From positions 303,071-367,070 of the forward strand of contig JBAOHO010000012.1 of the NCBI GenBank assembly GCA_037045355.1: DNA of 64,000 bases, given 5' to 3'. This stretch comes from Candidatus Nanopelagicales bacterium. GTDB lineage: Bacteria > Actinomycetota > Actinomycetes > S36-B12 > GCA-2699445. The position numbers and the translations under genes were made by a program. Within the stretch, counting starts at the first letter, position 1, and every line of letters begins with the position of its first letter. Positions 33,796-43,076 of this stretch are shown here, in pieces. The notes under the pieces were generated by a model. It was not told the origin of the DNA. It searched no databases and saw nothing but the letters and a program-made list of their open reading frames with translations.

Positions 33796-33949
33796 GCCGA
33801 GCATGCGCCAAGAATGGCCGAGCATGCGCCAAGAATGAAAGTGAACAACAGCGGTACTGCCACGCGTGCCGCGCCCGCCGGTCCTACAGTCGGGGCGGAA
33901 CCGCCCATCGGCGCGGAACCGCCGATCGAGGAGCCACCGAGGAGCCACC
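33796..33949 (+). repeat. Three adjacent short tandem duplications upstream of ppk2
   Basis: 21-bp GCCGAGCATGCGCCAAGAATG x2 (33796-33837). GCGGAACCGCC(C/G)ATCG x2 with 18-bp period (33895-33928). 11-bp GAGGAGCCACC x2 (33928-33949), ending at the GTG start. Confidence 0.9.
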
Positions 33950-34936
33950 GTGTCTGATGACCACTACTTCGACATCGAAGCCGTCATGGACCTCCATGAC
34001 ATCATCGCGTCGCTTCAGGATCTGGACGACGACGAGTTCGAGGAACGCGGCCTGACGGTCACCGGCACCTGGGACGAGGTCGACGACCCCATTCTGATCG
34101 GGCCGGACGGCACCCCCGTCGACACCTGGAAAGAGGGCTACCCCTACGACAAGCGGATGAGCCGGCGCGAATACGAGATGACCAAGAGGCTCCTGCAGAT
34201 CGAGTTGCTGAAGATGCAGAGCTGGGTCAAGGACACCGGCCAACGAATCTGCATGCTCTTCGAAGGCCGCGACGCCGCCGGCAAGGGCGGCACCATCAAG
34301 CGGTTCATGGAGCACCTCAATCCCCGTGGCGCGACGGTGGTCGCCCTGACCAAACCGACGGAGAAGGAGAAGGGCGAGTGGTACTTCCAGCGTTACGTGG
34401 CGCACCTTCCCAGTGAGGGCGAGATCGTGCTGTTCGACCGCAGTTGGTACAACCGCGCTGGAGTCGAAAGGGTCATGGGCTTCTGCACCGATGACGAGTA
34501 CCAGGAGTTCATGCGGCAAGCCCCGGAGTTCGAGCGGATGCTCGTGCGCTCCGGCATCACCCTGATCAAGTTCTGGTTCTCAGTGTCCCGCAAAGAACAG
34601 GTCACCCGGTTCACGATCCGGCGCATCGACCCCGTACGCCAGTGGAAACTCAGCCCGATGGACCTCGCCTCGCTGGACCGCTGGGACTCCTACACCGAGG
34701 CCAAGGAGGCCATGTTCTGGTACACGGACACGGACTGGGCCCCCTGGACTGTCGTGCGCAGCAACGACAAGAAGCGCGGCCGGCTCGAGGCGATGCGCTG
34801 GGTCCTCGCGCAGATGGACTACCCGGAGAAGGACGAATCCGTCGTCGGCACCCCCGATCCCAACATCGTCGGACCACCGTCAGTCATCTACGAGACCGGT
34901 GAGAACACCGGAACGGTCTATCCCGTCCTGACCTGA
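33950..34936 (+). CDS. ppk2: Polyphosphate kinase 2 family protein
   Basis: ICMLFEGRDAAGKGGTIKRF (Walker A), WYFQRYVAHLP, VLFDRSWYNRAGVERV, WKLSPMD. Confidence 0.9.
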   Translation: MSDDHYFDIEAVMDLHDIIASLQDLDDDEFEERGLTVTGTWDEVDDPILIGPDGTPVDTWKEGYPYDKRMSRREYEMTKRLLQIELLKMQSWVKDTGQRICMLFEGRDAAGKGGTIKRFMEHLNPRGATVVALTKPTEKEKGEWYFQRYVAHLPSEGEIVLFDRSWYNRAGVERVMGFCTDDEYQEFMRQAPEFERMLVRSGITLIKFWFSVSRKEQVTRFTIRRIDPVRQWKLSPMDLASLDRWDSYTEAKEAMFWYTDTDWAPWTVVRSNDKKRGRLEAMRWVLAQMDYPEKDESVVGTPDPNIVGPPSVIYETGENTGTVYPVLT

Positions 34937-36021
34937 TGGTCGACTGGGCCGAGCGTGCGGACGAGGCCTGGCAGGCCCTCATCGCCGCCACCCGCAGCCC
35001 CGGTCTGCGCGGGCCCCGCATCCATGAACCCGGACGGATCGCGATGGTCGCCGCTTGGCCGATGAGTCAGGTGCTGCACGCCGCCGCGCTGCTCGCCGCG
35101 GCGGGAGTCCCGACCCGTGCTTACGGTCCTGATCAGGTGTGGCGGTCGTTGCGCCGCTTCCGCAAGGCCGACGGGTTCGCCGATTCTGCCCTGGGGGGCA
35201 CCCGGTACTTCGACGACAACGCCTGGATCGGTCTCGCGTGTGCCCAGCGCGCCCTGCTCGCGGTTGGTGAGACCGCGGTGGGCGAGACATCGGCGGTTGG
35301 GAACGCGGATGGCGCCCTCCCGGCGGGTAGGGCCACGGCGGGGGGGACCACGGCGGGTGGGGCCTCGGCGGGGGAGACGAGGTCCGTGTGGGCACGCCGG
35401 GCCCGGGCCTCGCTGAAATTCGTCAGTCAGGGAGTGCGCCGGGACGGCGGTGTGCTGTGGGTCGAAGGAGGCTCTGACCTGAACGCGTGCTCCACCGGAT
35501 CGACCGGTCTGCTCGCTGCCGCGGTCGGTCATTTCGACGGGCGACGGTATCCACTGGCTGACGCCGCGGGGGAGTTCCTCGACCACGAACTCGGTGATGC
35601 CGAAGGTCTGATCGCCGATCGTGTCTCACCGTCTGGTGAAGTCGATCCTTCAGTGTTCACCTACAACCAGGGCCTGGCGATCCAACTGCGGATCGAGCGC
35701 GGTCTGTTGCGCCCGGCCGAAGCTCTCGCGGAGTCCGTCCAGGATCACTTCGGCGAAACGGGATTCTGGCGGCATGCCCTGGCTTTCAATGCGATCTACT
35801 TACGCGCTCTGCTCCGGCTCGACGCGGTGACGGGGACCGGCCGCTGGCAGGACGTCGTGACCCAGTACACCGACCGTCTGTGGCGGGATGCCCGCGATCG
35901 GCGGGGCTTGATCAGCGGGGCGGGCAGGTACGACTCCGGATTCGTGTTGGATCACGCTGCAGCTGTCGGAGTCATGGCCGCCCTGGCCCTGCCGATTGAG
36001 TCCCAGCGCCTGGTTCTCTGA
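34936..36021 (+). CDS. Glycoside hydrolase family 76-like protein (tentative)
   Basis: ATGA overlap with ppk2. YFDDNAWIGLACAQ resembles the GH76 catalytic DD region. Contains an Ala/Gly/Thr low-complexity insertion (AVGETAVGETSAVG..GRATAGGTTAGGASAGE). Confidence 0.45.
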   Translation: MVDWAERADEAWQALIAATRSPGLRGPRIHEPGRIAMVAAWPMSQVLHAAALLAAAGVPTRAYGPDQVWRSLRRFRKADGFADSALGGTRYFDDNAWIGLACAQRALLAVGETAVGETSAVGNADGALPAGRATAGGTTAGGASAGETRSVWARRARASLKFVSQGVRRDGGVLWVEGGSDLNACSTGSTGLLAAAVGHFDGRRYPLADAAGEFLDHELGDAEGLIADRVSPSGEVDPSVFTYNQGLAIQLRIERGLLRPAEALAESVQDHFGETGFWRHALAFNAIYLRALLRLDAVTGTGRWQDVVTQYTDRLWRDARDRRGLISGAGRYDSGFVLDHAAAVGVMAALALPIESQRLVL

Positions 36022-36245
36022 GTCGTCACCGCGTCGGCCGCCGTGATCTCGCCGTATGTGGCCGCCACGCGGCACGAGGTGGCCGACAAACGGCACTCTG
36101 TGCGCGAGGTCGCAGGTCAGGTGTGGAGCCCCGGTTTGCGGGCTGGAGTCGGCGGGGGACCGGCGCACCACGCGCAACACGCGCGGCAGCGATTGGTGCC
36201 TGAGCTCGCCGACCGATTGCCGCAACCCCGCCAACCAAGGACGTC

Positions 36246-36267
36246 ATGTCGCCAAATGCGGCGACAT
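36246..36267. terminator. 8-bp stem / 6-nt loop hairpin between convergent genes
   Basis: ATGTCGCC-AAATGC-GGCGACAT. Confidence 0.35.
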
Positions 36268-36315
36268 CACATCCTGCGCCGGAGTAGTCGGACCGAACCG
36301 GCTATCGCGGGGCGG

Positions 36316-36353
36316 CCGGATGTATCCGCGGCGACCGGATGTCTCCGCGGCGA
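36316..36353. repeat. 19-bp tandem duplication CCGGATGT(A/C)TCCGCGGCGA x2 just 3' of the membrane-protein gene
   Basis: Two adjacent copies with one mismatch, read directly. Confidence 0.9.
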
Positions 36354-36382
36354 ACGAAGTGGTGAATCGAGAGCCAACCGGG

Positions 36383-36973
36383 TCAGGTGAGAACTTCGCG
36401 GTACCCGGCGGTGACTCTGGGGTCACTGTCACCGACGACCCGCGCCACCTGCGGGACGATGATCGCCCAGGTCACCACGTGCATGACCCCCAGCCAGATC
36501 CGCGTGGGCCAGGTGACCGCACCGGGTTGGAGGAACGGCCCGGACAGCGACGCGAGCATGGCGGCGGTGCCGAGCCAGAAGGTCCACCGCTGGCAGCCCC
36601 GCACTCCCAAGAAGATCGCCGCGATGAGCGAACCCACCACGCCGACCACCAGGGGCAGAAGCAGCACCACAAGCCACGGCACCGGCTCCATCTGGTCCGA
36701 TCCCGGGCGGGCCACCAAATAGTCGACGCCGAAGATGCCACTGATGAGGCGGATCAGCAGACACACGATCCCCGCCGTCGATCCGGTCACCCAGCCCGCA
36801 GTCAGGACGGTCTTGGTGGTCGGGACAGAACTCAGCGGCGGCGGGATCGGCGTCACCGAATCAGCGTTGGCGGCAACCGCGTCGACTCCCGGCGGCAGTT
36901 CGCGCGGCGGCTGCTGATCCGCGGACGTGGCCATGGGGACATCCTGCCGCACCGGGGCCGTCGGGCGCGCCAT
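36383..36973 (-). CDS. Hypothetical integral membrane protein (about 4 TM helices; start at 36973 or 36934)
   Basis: The C-terminal two thirds of tracked ORF 36383-37312 has hydrophobic helices (TAGIVCLLIRLISGIFGV, WLVVLLLPLVVGVVGSLIAAIFL, FWLGTAAMLASL, VMHVVTWAIIVP). The upstream part of the ORF is arginine-rich shadow sequence. Confidence 0.5.
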   Translation of the reverse strand: MARPTAPVRQDVPMATSADQQPPRELPPGVDAVAANADSVTPIPPPLSSVPTTKTVLTAGWVTGSTAGIVCLLIRLISGIFGVDYLVARPGSDQMEPVPWLVVLLLPLVVGVVGSLIAAIFLGVRGCQRWTFWLGTAAMLASLSGPFLQPGAVTWPTRIWLGVMHVVTWAIIVPQVARVVGDSDPRVTAGYREVLT

Positions 36974-37123
36974 GGCAGCCGGTTCGCCGAGAGTGCGACG
37001 CACGGCACACCCCCGCGTCTTGCGCAGGTTACTGGCGAGTAGCATGATTGGAGTTACTGGCGGGTAACCTACCCGCCTGCCGGTGCCTCGGGGGTGGGGC
37101 GCCGTTCCTGGAAGGGATCCGGC

Positions 37124-38972
37124 ATGAGCCATTACAAGAGCAACCTGCGCGACATCGAGTTCAACCTCTTCGAGGTCTTCGGTGCCGGCGACTGGATGGG
37201 CACAGCAGCGTTCGAGGACATGGACGTCGCCACGGCCAAGGACTTCCTCAAGCGAGACCAACGAACTGGCGACCGGCCCGCTGTCGGACACGTTCGCCAG
37301 CGCGGACCGCAACCCGCCCGTCTACGACCCGAAGACCTACTCGGTCACGATGCCCGAGGACTTCAAGCGCAGCTACCAGATGCTCATGGACGCCGAGGGC
37401 TGGCGCATGGAGATCCAGCCCGAGATCGGCGGCATCTCGACACCGCCGAGCCTGCGTTGGGCAGTGGCCGAACTGGTCCTGGGCGCCAACCCGGCCGCGT
37501 TCATGTACATGTCCGGCCCCGGATTCGCCGGAATCCTCTATGACTTGGGCAACGAGGTCCAGAAGAAGCAGGCCGAGCGCATGATCGAGGGCCAGTGGGG
37601 CGCCACCATGGTGCTCACCGAACCTGACGCCGGCTCCGATGTCGGTGCGGGCACGACCAAGGCCTTCCCGAACGAGGACGGCTCCTGGCGCATCGAAGGC
37701 GTCAAGCGCTTCATCACGTCGGCCGAGCACGACATGTCCGACAACATCGTCCACCTCGTCCTCGCACGCCCCGTGGGTGTCGAGGGTGCGGGCGGCCCGG
37801 GCACCAAGGGCTTGTCGCTGTTCGTCGTGCCGAAGTACCACTTCGACCCCGACACCGGCGAACTGGGCGAGCGCAACGGCGCCTACGTCACCAACGTCGA
37901 GAAGAAGATGGGTCTGAAGGTCTCCACGACCTGCGAGATCACGTTCGGCGACAAGGAGCCCGCCATCGGTTGGCTCGTCGGTGACGTGCACGACGGCATC
38001 GCACAGATGTTCAAGGTCATCGAGTACGCCCGCATGATGGTCGGCACCAAGGCGATCGCCACCCTCGGCACCGGCTACCTGAATGCTTTGGACTACGCCA
38101 AGAATCGCGTTCAGGGTGCGGATCTGACCCAGATGCTGGACAAGACCGCCCCGCGCGTGTCGATCATCCATCACCCCGACGTACGCCGTTCGCTGATGCT
38201 GCAGAAGACGTACGCCGAGGGGATGCGCGCCCTGGTGTCCTACACGGCCTCGTGGCAGGACCGCATCGCCGCCGCCGAGCACGGCGCGGAGGACATCGAT
38301 GTCGACATGGCTGAGCGGATGAACGATCTGCTCCTACCCATCGTCAAGGGTGTCGGTTCGGAGCGCTCCTACGAGATGCTGGCCCAGTCTCTGCAGACGC
38401 TGGGTGGTTCCGGCTTCCTGCAGGACTACCCGATCGAGCAGTACATCCGCGACGCCAAGATCGACAGCCTCTACGAGGGCACGACCGCCATCCAGGGTCT
38501 GGACTTCTTCTTCCGCAAGATGGTCCGCGACCAGTTCAAGGCCGTTTTCCACCTGGCGGGCCAGATCACCGAGACCGTCAAGGGCGGCGCCGACGGCGAC
38601 CAGCTCGCGGCAGAGCGGGAACTGCTCAACACCGCGCTGGAGGATGTCCAGGCCACCATCGGCAAACTCGGCGAGTGGGCCATGGCCTCGCAGACCGACG
38701 TGGACGAGATCTACAAGGTCGGCCTCAACACCACCCGCCTGCTGATGATGGTCGGCGACCTTGTGATCGGTTGGCTCCTGCTGCGCCAGGCCGAAGTCGC
38801 TGCTGCGGCGTTGGCTGCCGGTGCCTCGGACAAGGACAAGGACTTCTACACCGGCAAGGTCGAGGCCGCCAAGTGGTTCGCCCACAACCGGCTGCCGCTG
38901 CTGACTGCGGAGAAGGTCGCTGCCCTGAACACTGATCTCGACATCATGAAGCTGCCGGAGAGCGCTTTCTGA
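37124..38972 (+). CDS. fadE: Acyl-CoA dehydrogenase (FadE5-like long form), apparent 1-nt frameshift at about 37250
   Basis: [29 protein letters not shown] (frame of 37124) continues as [27 protein letters not shown].. in ORF 37182-38972. ACAD motifs TEPDAGSD and YEGTTAIQ. Confidence 0.85.
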
Positions 38973-39085
38973 TCTCGATCACGACGGTGATCCGGAGGCT
39001 ACTCCGGATCCCGTGACACGAGGCCCTGCCCCACACCCCCGGGGCAGGGCCTCGTTGTCTGTACGGCGCGTGACAGGATCCAGTC

Positions 39086-39961
39086 GTGCGCCTCGGTGTC
39101 CTGCTCATCCCCACAGATTCCTGGCCCGTCACAGTCGCTCGGGCGCAACACCTGGAGGCCCTGGGCTACGCACACCTGTGGACGTACGACCACCTGTCCT
39201 GGCAGCGATACCAGGACAAGCCATGGCATGCGGCCATCCCCTGGCTGACCGGGATCGCCGCAGCCACCACCACCATCCGCCTCGGCACGATGGTGACGTC
39301 ACCCAACTTCCGGCACCCCGTCACCTTGGCCAAGGACGCCATGTCGCTGGACCATGTGTCCGCCGGACGGCTCACCTTAGGTGTGGGCGCCGGAGGTGTC
39401 GGCTTCGACGCGACCGTCTTCGACGACCCGATCCTGACCCCAGGCCAGCGCGCCACCCGACTCTCCGACTTCGTGACCGTTCTCGATGGACTGCTGCGCA
39501 ACCCCACCTACACCACGGACAACGAGCGTTACTCCGTCAATGAAGCCCGCATGATCCCCGGCTGTGTCCAGCGACCGCGCCTCCCCCTGGCGATAGCGGC
39601 CACCGGGCCGAAGACGATCGCCGTCGCCGCGGAGTTCGGTGACGCGTGGATCACCGAGGGCGAACCGACGGAGCCCGCACCGACGGCCGCCAGTTGCGAA
39701 GAGGCGATGCGTCGACAGACTGCACTACTCGACCGGAGTTGCGCCGACCAAGGCCGCGACCCGGCCTCGATCGAGCGGATCTTCCTGCTCAGCAACCGGG
39801 CCGAACGACCATTGGCGGACCTGGCTGCTTTCACCGACTTCGTGGCCAGGTATGAGGCCCTCGGGTTCACCGACATCGTCTTCCACGATCCACGTCCCGA
39901 CGATCCGGTCTGGGATGACGACCCTGCGACGGTCGATCGCATCGCCGACAAGTTCCTGTGA
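39086..39961 (+). CDS. LLM-class (luciferase-like) flavin/F420-dependent oxidoreductase
   Basis: MRLGVLLIPTDSW, GYAHLWTYDH, IRLGTMVTSPNFRHP, SLDHVSAGRLTLGVGAGG. Confidence 0.85.
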   Translation: MRLGVLLIPTDSWPVTVARAQHLEALGYAHLWTYDHLSWQRYQDKPWHAAIPWLTGIAAATTTIRLGTMVTSPNFRHPVTLAKDAMSLDHVSAGRLTLGVGAGGVGFDATVFDDPILTPGQRATRLSDFVTVLDGLLRNPTYTTDNERYSVNEARMIPGCVQRPRLPLAIAATGPKTIAVAAEFGDAWITEGEPTEPAPTAASCEEAMRRQTALLDRSCADQGRDPASIERIFLLSNRAERPLADLAAFTDFVARYEALGFTDIVFHDPRPDDPVWDDDPATVDRIADKFL

Positions 39962-40097
39962 CCGATCCCGGATCAACCGGGGCCTCTCTTCCGAGCCAGG
40001 TGCGGTCGGGACTCCCGCGAGTGCGGTGTCACACTGGGACGGCACGAGGGCCGCGCGCACTGTGACGCGCGTGGCGCACGACGTGAGGAGCAGATGT

Positions 40098-41081
40098 ATG
40101 GCCGACACTGCGGCCCGGGGACCGGCAGGCACCTCGCGGTACTTCGACTACGACGGTCCGGTCCACTACCTCGACTACGGGGGCCGCAGGGATGGGCCGC
40201 TCGTGGTGTGTGTCCACGGTCTGGGTGGTTCGGCGATCAGTTTCGACCTCATCGCCGCTCTGCTGGCTGCTGAATGCCGCATCTACGCCGTGGATCTGAT
40301 CGGGCATGGCCGCACTCCTGTCCTGGGTCGTTCCGCGACGGTCGGCGCCAACCGTCGCGTCGTGGACCACTTCATGCGCGAGGTCGTGGGCGAACCAGCT
40401 GTGGTGATCGGCAACTCCATGGGTGGGTTGATCGCGCTGCTCCAAGCGGCCAAGCGCCCGGATTCCGTCGCCGGTTTGGTGCTGATCGGTCCTGCGCTGC
40501 CGCTGACGGGACTCGTGCTCAAGGACGTTCGTCGCGCCGTGGAGTTCGCCGTGCTGGCCACCCCTGGCCTCGGAAGCGCCGTGGTGTCCCTGTGGACGCG
40601 GTTCGCTTCTGCCGAACGCCAAGTGGGCCGGATGCTGCGCCTCGTGGCGTTGGACCCGACCAAGATTCCCGACGAGTTCCGGCACGCGGCGACCGCGCTG
40701 GCCGAGGAACGGCGCAGATTCTCGGGCAATCACAACGCGCTCGTGCAAGCCGCGCGCTCGGTGGTCTTCGCGATCACCAGTCCCTGGTACGTCGCCCAAC
40801 TGGAGGGCGTCCGATCGCCGGTGCTCCTTATCCACGGCCGCCACGACCGCCTCGTCTCGATCAGACAGGCCGACGAAGCTGCGCAGAAGTACGACTCATG
40901 GCGCTTCGAGGTCATGGACCATGTCGGCCATGTCCCGCAACTCGAAGACCCAGCCCTGGTCACGGACACGATCCTTGAATGGATGTTCACCGAGCGGCCC
41001 GAGGTGGCCGATCAGGCGGAAGGCGCTCAACTCGTCGAGGCGGTCGTCGACGTCCGGGAGCAACGGTCGCGGCGAGCCTGA
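40098..41081 (+). CDS. Alpha/beta-fold hydrolase
   Basis: PLVVCVHGLGGS, nucleophile elbow GNSMGG, C-terminal HVGHVPQLE. Confidence 0.8.
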   Translation: MADTAARGPAGTSRYFDYDGPVHYLDYGGRRDGPLVVCVHGLGGSAISFDLIAALLAAECRIYAVDLIGHGRTPVLGRSATVGANRRVVDHFMREVVGEPAVVIGNSMGGLIALLQAAKRPDSVAGLVLIGPALPLTGLVLKDVRRAVEFAVLATPGLGSAVVSLWTRFASAERQVGRMLRLVALDPTKIPDEFRHAATALAEERRRFSGNHNALVQAARSVVFAITSPWYVAQLEGVRSPVLLIHGRHDRLVSIRQADEAAQKYDSWRFEVMDHVGHVPQLEDPALVTDTILEWMFTERPEVADQAEGAQLVEAVVDVREQRSRRA

Positions 41082-41204
41082 ATCGCTACCTGGATCGGTG
41101 GTGCGACCGCATGCGGCGGTGTGGACGATCGGCTGGGTCGGGCGGTAGCGACTGGATCACAGCATCCGAAGCTTGTAGTAGCCGGAGGAGCGGTGCAGCC
41201 GATG

Positions 41205-41972
41205 TCAGGCCCGGGCGCGCTCGCTGATCCGGGACAGCACGGCCGGGTCGATCACGGAATCCGGATCGCGGCCACCCGCCTTCAGCGCTTCGGTGGCTCC
41301 CACCAATGACGCATAGAGCGGCGGGCAGGTCGGACAGGTGTCCAAGTGAGCCTCGAGCAGCTTGCGGTCGGACTGGGGCAGGTCGTCATCGAGGTAATCG
41401 CTGACCTTCGCTCGCGCCTCCCAGCATCCGAGCGGGACGCCTTTCAAAGCAGCGCGCCGCTCGGCGCCTTGGGCCAGAGCGCTGACGAGCATCATGCGTC
41501 CTCTCCGCAGCCGTTGTTTCGCAGCGGGCAGACTCACCGCCTGGACCTCGGCGACCTGCTGGTTCGTCAGGCCGTGAGCGTCGTGCAGGACGACCGCGGC
41601 CCGGTAATCGAAGGGCAGCCGGACCAACGCATCGAGCAACTCGTCGGAGGTCTCGGCTCGCGCCACGACCGTGGCCGCATCGACGGTGTACGCATCGTCG
41701 CGCCAGTCCTGCTCGACTTGGTCGACGACGTCTTCGGTGGCGAACTCCCGCTGCCGGCGGAACGCATCCACCGCCAGGTTGTGCAGGATGCGGTGCAGCC
41801 AGGTCTGGAGGGCAGCATCGCCGCGGAAACTCTCCGACCGTTCCAAGGCTCGCACGAGGGTGTCGGAGACGAGATCCTCGGCCAGGGTCTCGTCCGCCGT
41901 GATGGACCGTGCATATCGGAGCAGCCCGGGGATCGCTGCAGTGAGCAAGGGGGCGAGTTCATTGCGGTCCAT
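41205..41972 (-). CDS. ECF sigma factor fused in one polypeptide to a soluble ZAS-type anti-sigma domain
   Basis: Sigma-2 (DLVSDTLVRALER..TWLHRILHNLAVDAFRR) and sigma-4 (LPFDYRAAVVLHDAHGLTNQQVAEVQAVSLPAAKQRLRRGR), followed directly by C183-x25-H209-x3-C213-x2-C216 (GCWEARAKVSDYLDDDL..EAHLDTCPTCP). Confidence 0.8.
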   Translation of the reverse strand: MDRNELAPLLTAAIPGLLRYARSITADETLAEDLVSDTLVRALERSESFRGDAALQTWLHRILHNLAVDAFRRQREFATEDVVDQVEQDWRDDAYTVDAATVVARAETSDELLDALVRLPFDYRAAVVLHDAHGLTNQQVAEVQAVSLPAAKQRLRRGRMMLVSALAQGAERRAALKGVPLGCWEARAKVSDYLDDDLPQSDRKLLEAHLDTCPTCPPLYASLVGATEALKAGGRDPDSVIDPAVLSRISERARA

Positions 41973-42047
41973 GAGGGAGACGATAGGAGGTGGGCAGTGG
42001 CGACAGTGACGGCGGCGGGCCTGATGCTCGCCGCCGCCACTGTGTGG

Positions 42048-42278
42048 TCACTGGTGCGCCGGGACCTTCTTGTTCTGCGGCACCTTGCAGGTGCTGATTC
42101 CGAAGACGCGGTACAGGGGGCAGAAGCCCACGGCCGCGGTCACGAGCATGACGGCCGCGACGACAAGCAGGATGATTCCGACGATGGAACCGAAGCCGAC
42201 CAGGTACGCCGCGATGGCTGCCACGACGGCGACCACTACTCGGATGCCTCGGTCGATGCTGCTTTCGTTGGTCTTCAT
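42048..42278 (-). CDS. DUF2892 (YgaP-like transmembrane domain) small membrane protein
   Basis: ATG at 42278 preceded by GGAGGAAA. MKTNESSIDRGIRVVVAVVA..GFCPLYRVFGISTC is the characteristic DUF2892 pattern. Confidence 0.7.
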   Translation of the reverse strand: MKTNESSIDRGIRVVVAVVAAIAAYLVGFGSIVGIILLVVAAVMLVTAAVGFCPLYRVFGISTCKVPQNKKVPAHQ

Positions 42279-42371
42279 GATTTCCTCCACGTTGTTGGGT
42301 TGTGCCTCATAGACGCAGGAGGACGCGAAAGGGATACATCGATCGAGACGACTGGTGAAGGCACACATGAC

Positions 42372-42408
42372 TGAACGAGGGCAACCCTCCAGGCGTTGCC
42401 CTCGTTCA
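42372..42408. terminator. Perfect 14-bp stem hairpin downstream of the rhodanese gene
   Basis: TGAACGAGGGCAAC-CCTCCAGGC-GTTGCCCTCGTTCA. Confidence 0.5.
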
Positions 42409-42568
42409 TGTGCTTGTTGTGTCGATCCGGGCACCCCCGTAATCGGTGTCCGGAGCGGGTGACCGCAAGAAGATCAATGATCGGAAGCGGTGAACCTCAT
42501 GGGCTTCTTATGCCCGAGTGATCCAGCGGGCAAACGCCCGCGCCGTCCCGTGGCCAAGATGTGTCGTA

Positions 42569-43018
42569 TCAGACAACCGGGAAGCCGGCGGACTGCCAGG
42601 CCCCGATCCCGCCCTGAAGGTCGTACAGGGACACGAAGCCGTCGTTCTGCATCTGCGTGGTGGCGACGCCGGATCGGTTCCCGGAGCGGCAGTAGACCGC
42701 GTAGGTCTTCTTGGGGTCCAGTTCAGCGATCTGTGCCGCGAAATCGGGACTGGCGATATCGATGTTGACTGCGCCCTCGAGGTGACCGGAGGAGAACTCG
42801 GCCGGCGTGCGCACGTCGATGACTGTGGCGCCCTGCTTGATGGCGGCGTCGAACTCCTCGGGCCCGACCTTCTGCACACCTGCCACCTGTTCCGTGGCCG
42901 CGCCAGCCGGTGGGGCCACGGCGGTGTCGGCGGCGGAACTGCAACCGGCGAGAAGCACGGCCGAGACAGCCAGGGAGCCAAGGGCGATGGTGAGGGTACG
43001 ACGCATGGAGAAGATCAT
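42569..43018 (-). CDS. Secreted lipoprotein rhodanese (single-domain sulfurtransferase)
   Basis: Signal peptide with lipobox LLAGC. Rhodanese fold with active-site loop CRSGNRS. Confidence 0.85.
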   Translation of the reverse strand: MIFSMRRTLTIALGSLAVSAVLLAGCSSAADTAVAPPAGAATEQVAGVQKVGPEEFDAAIKQGATVIDVRTPAEFSSGHLEGAVNIDIASPDFAAQIAELDPKKTYAVYCRSGNRSGVATTQMQNDGFVSLYDLQGGIGAWQSAGFPVV

Positions 43019-43076
43019 ACCCTAGGGGGTATAGGGCCGGAGATGAGCTCGGTGATCAGAGCGTAGGGTCTCGCGT

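Noticed and set aside
32189-33832. 547-aa minus-strand ORF antisense to the GPH transporter. Similar long ORFs occur at 10858-12783(+), 29019-30983(+), 36056-37042(+), 44792-45727(+), 45879-47033(+) and 37248-38282(-).
   Set aside because: Their translations are Arg/Gly/Pro/His-rich with no motifs. They lie opposite to, or out of frame with, genes that carry clear family signatures. These are typical GC-driven shadow ORFs.
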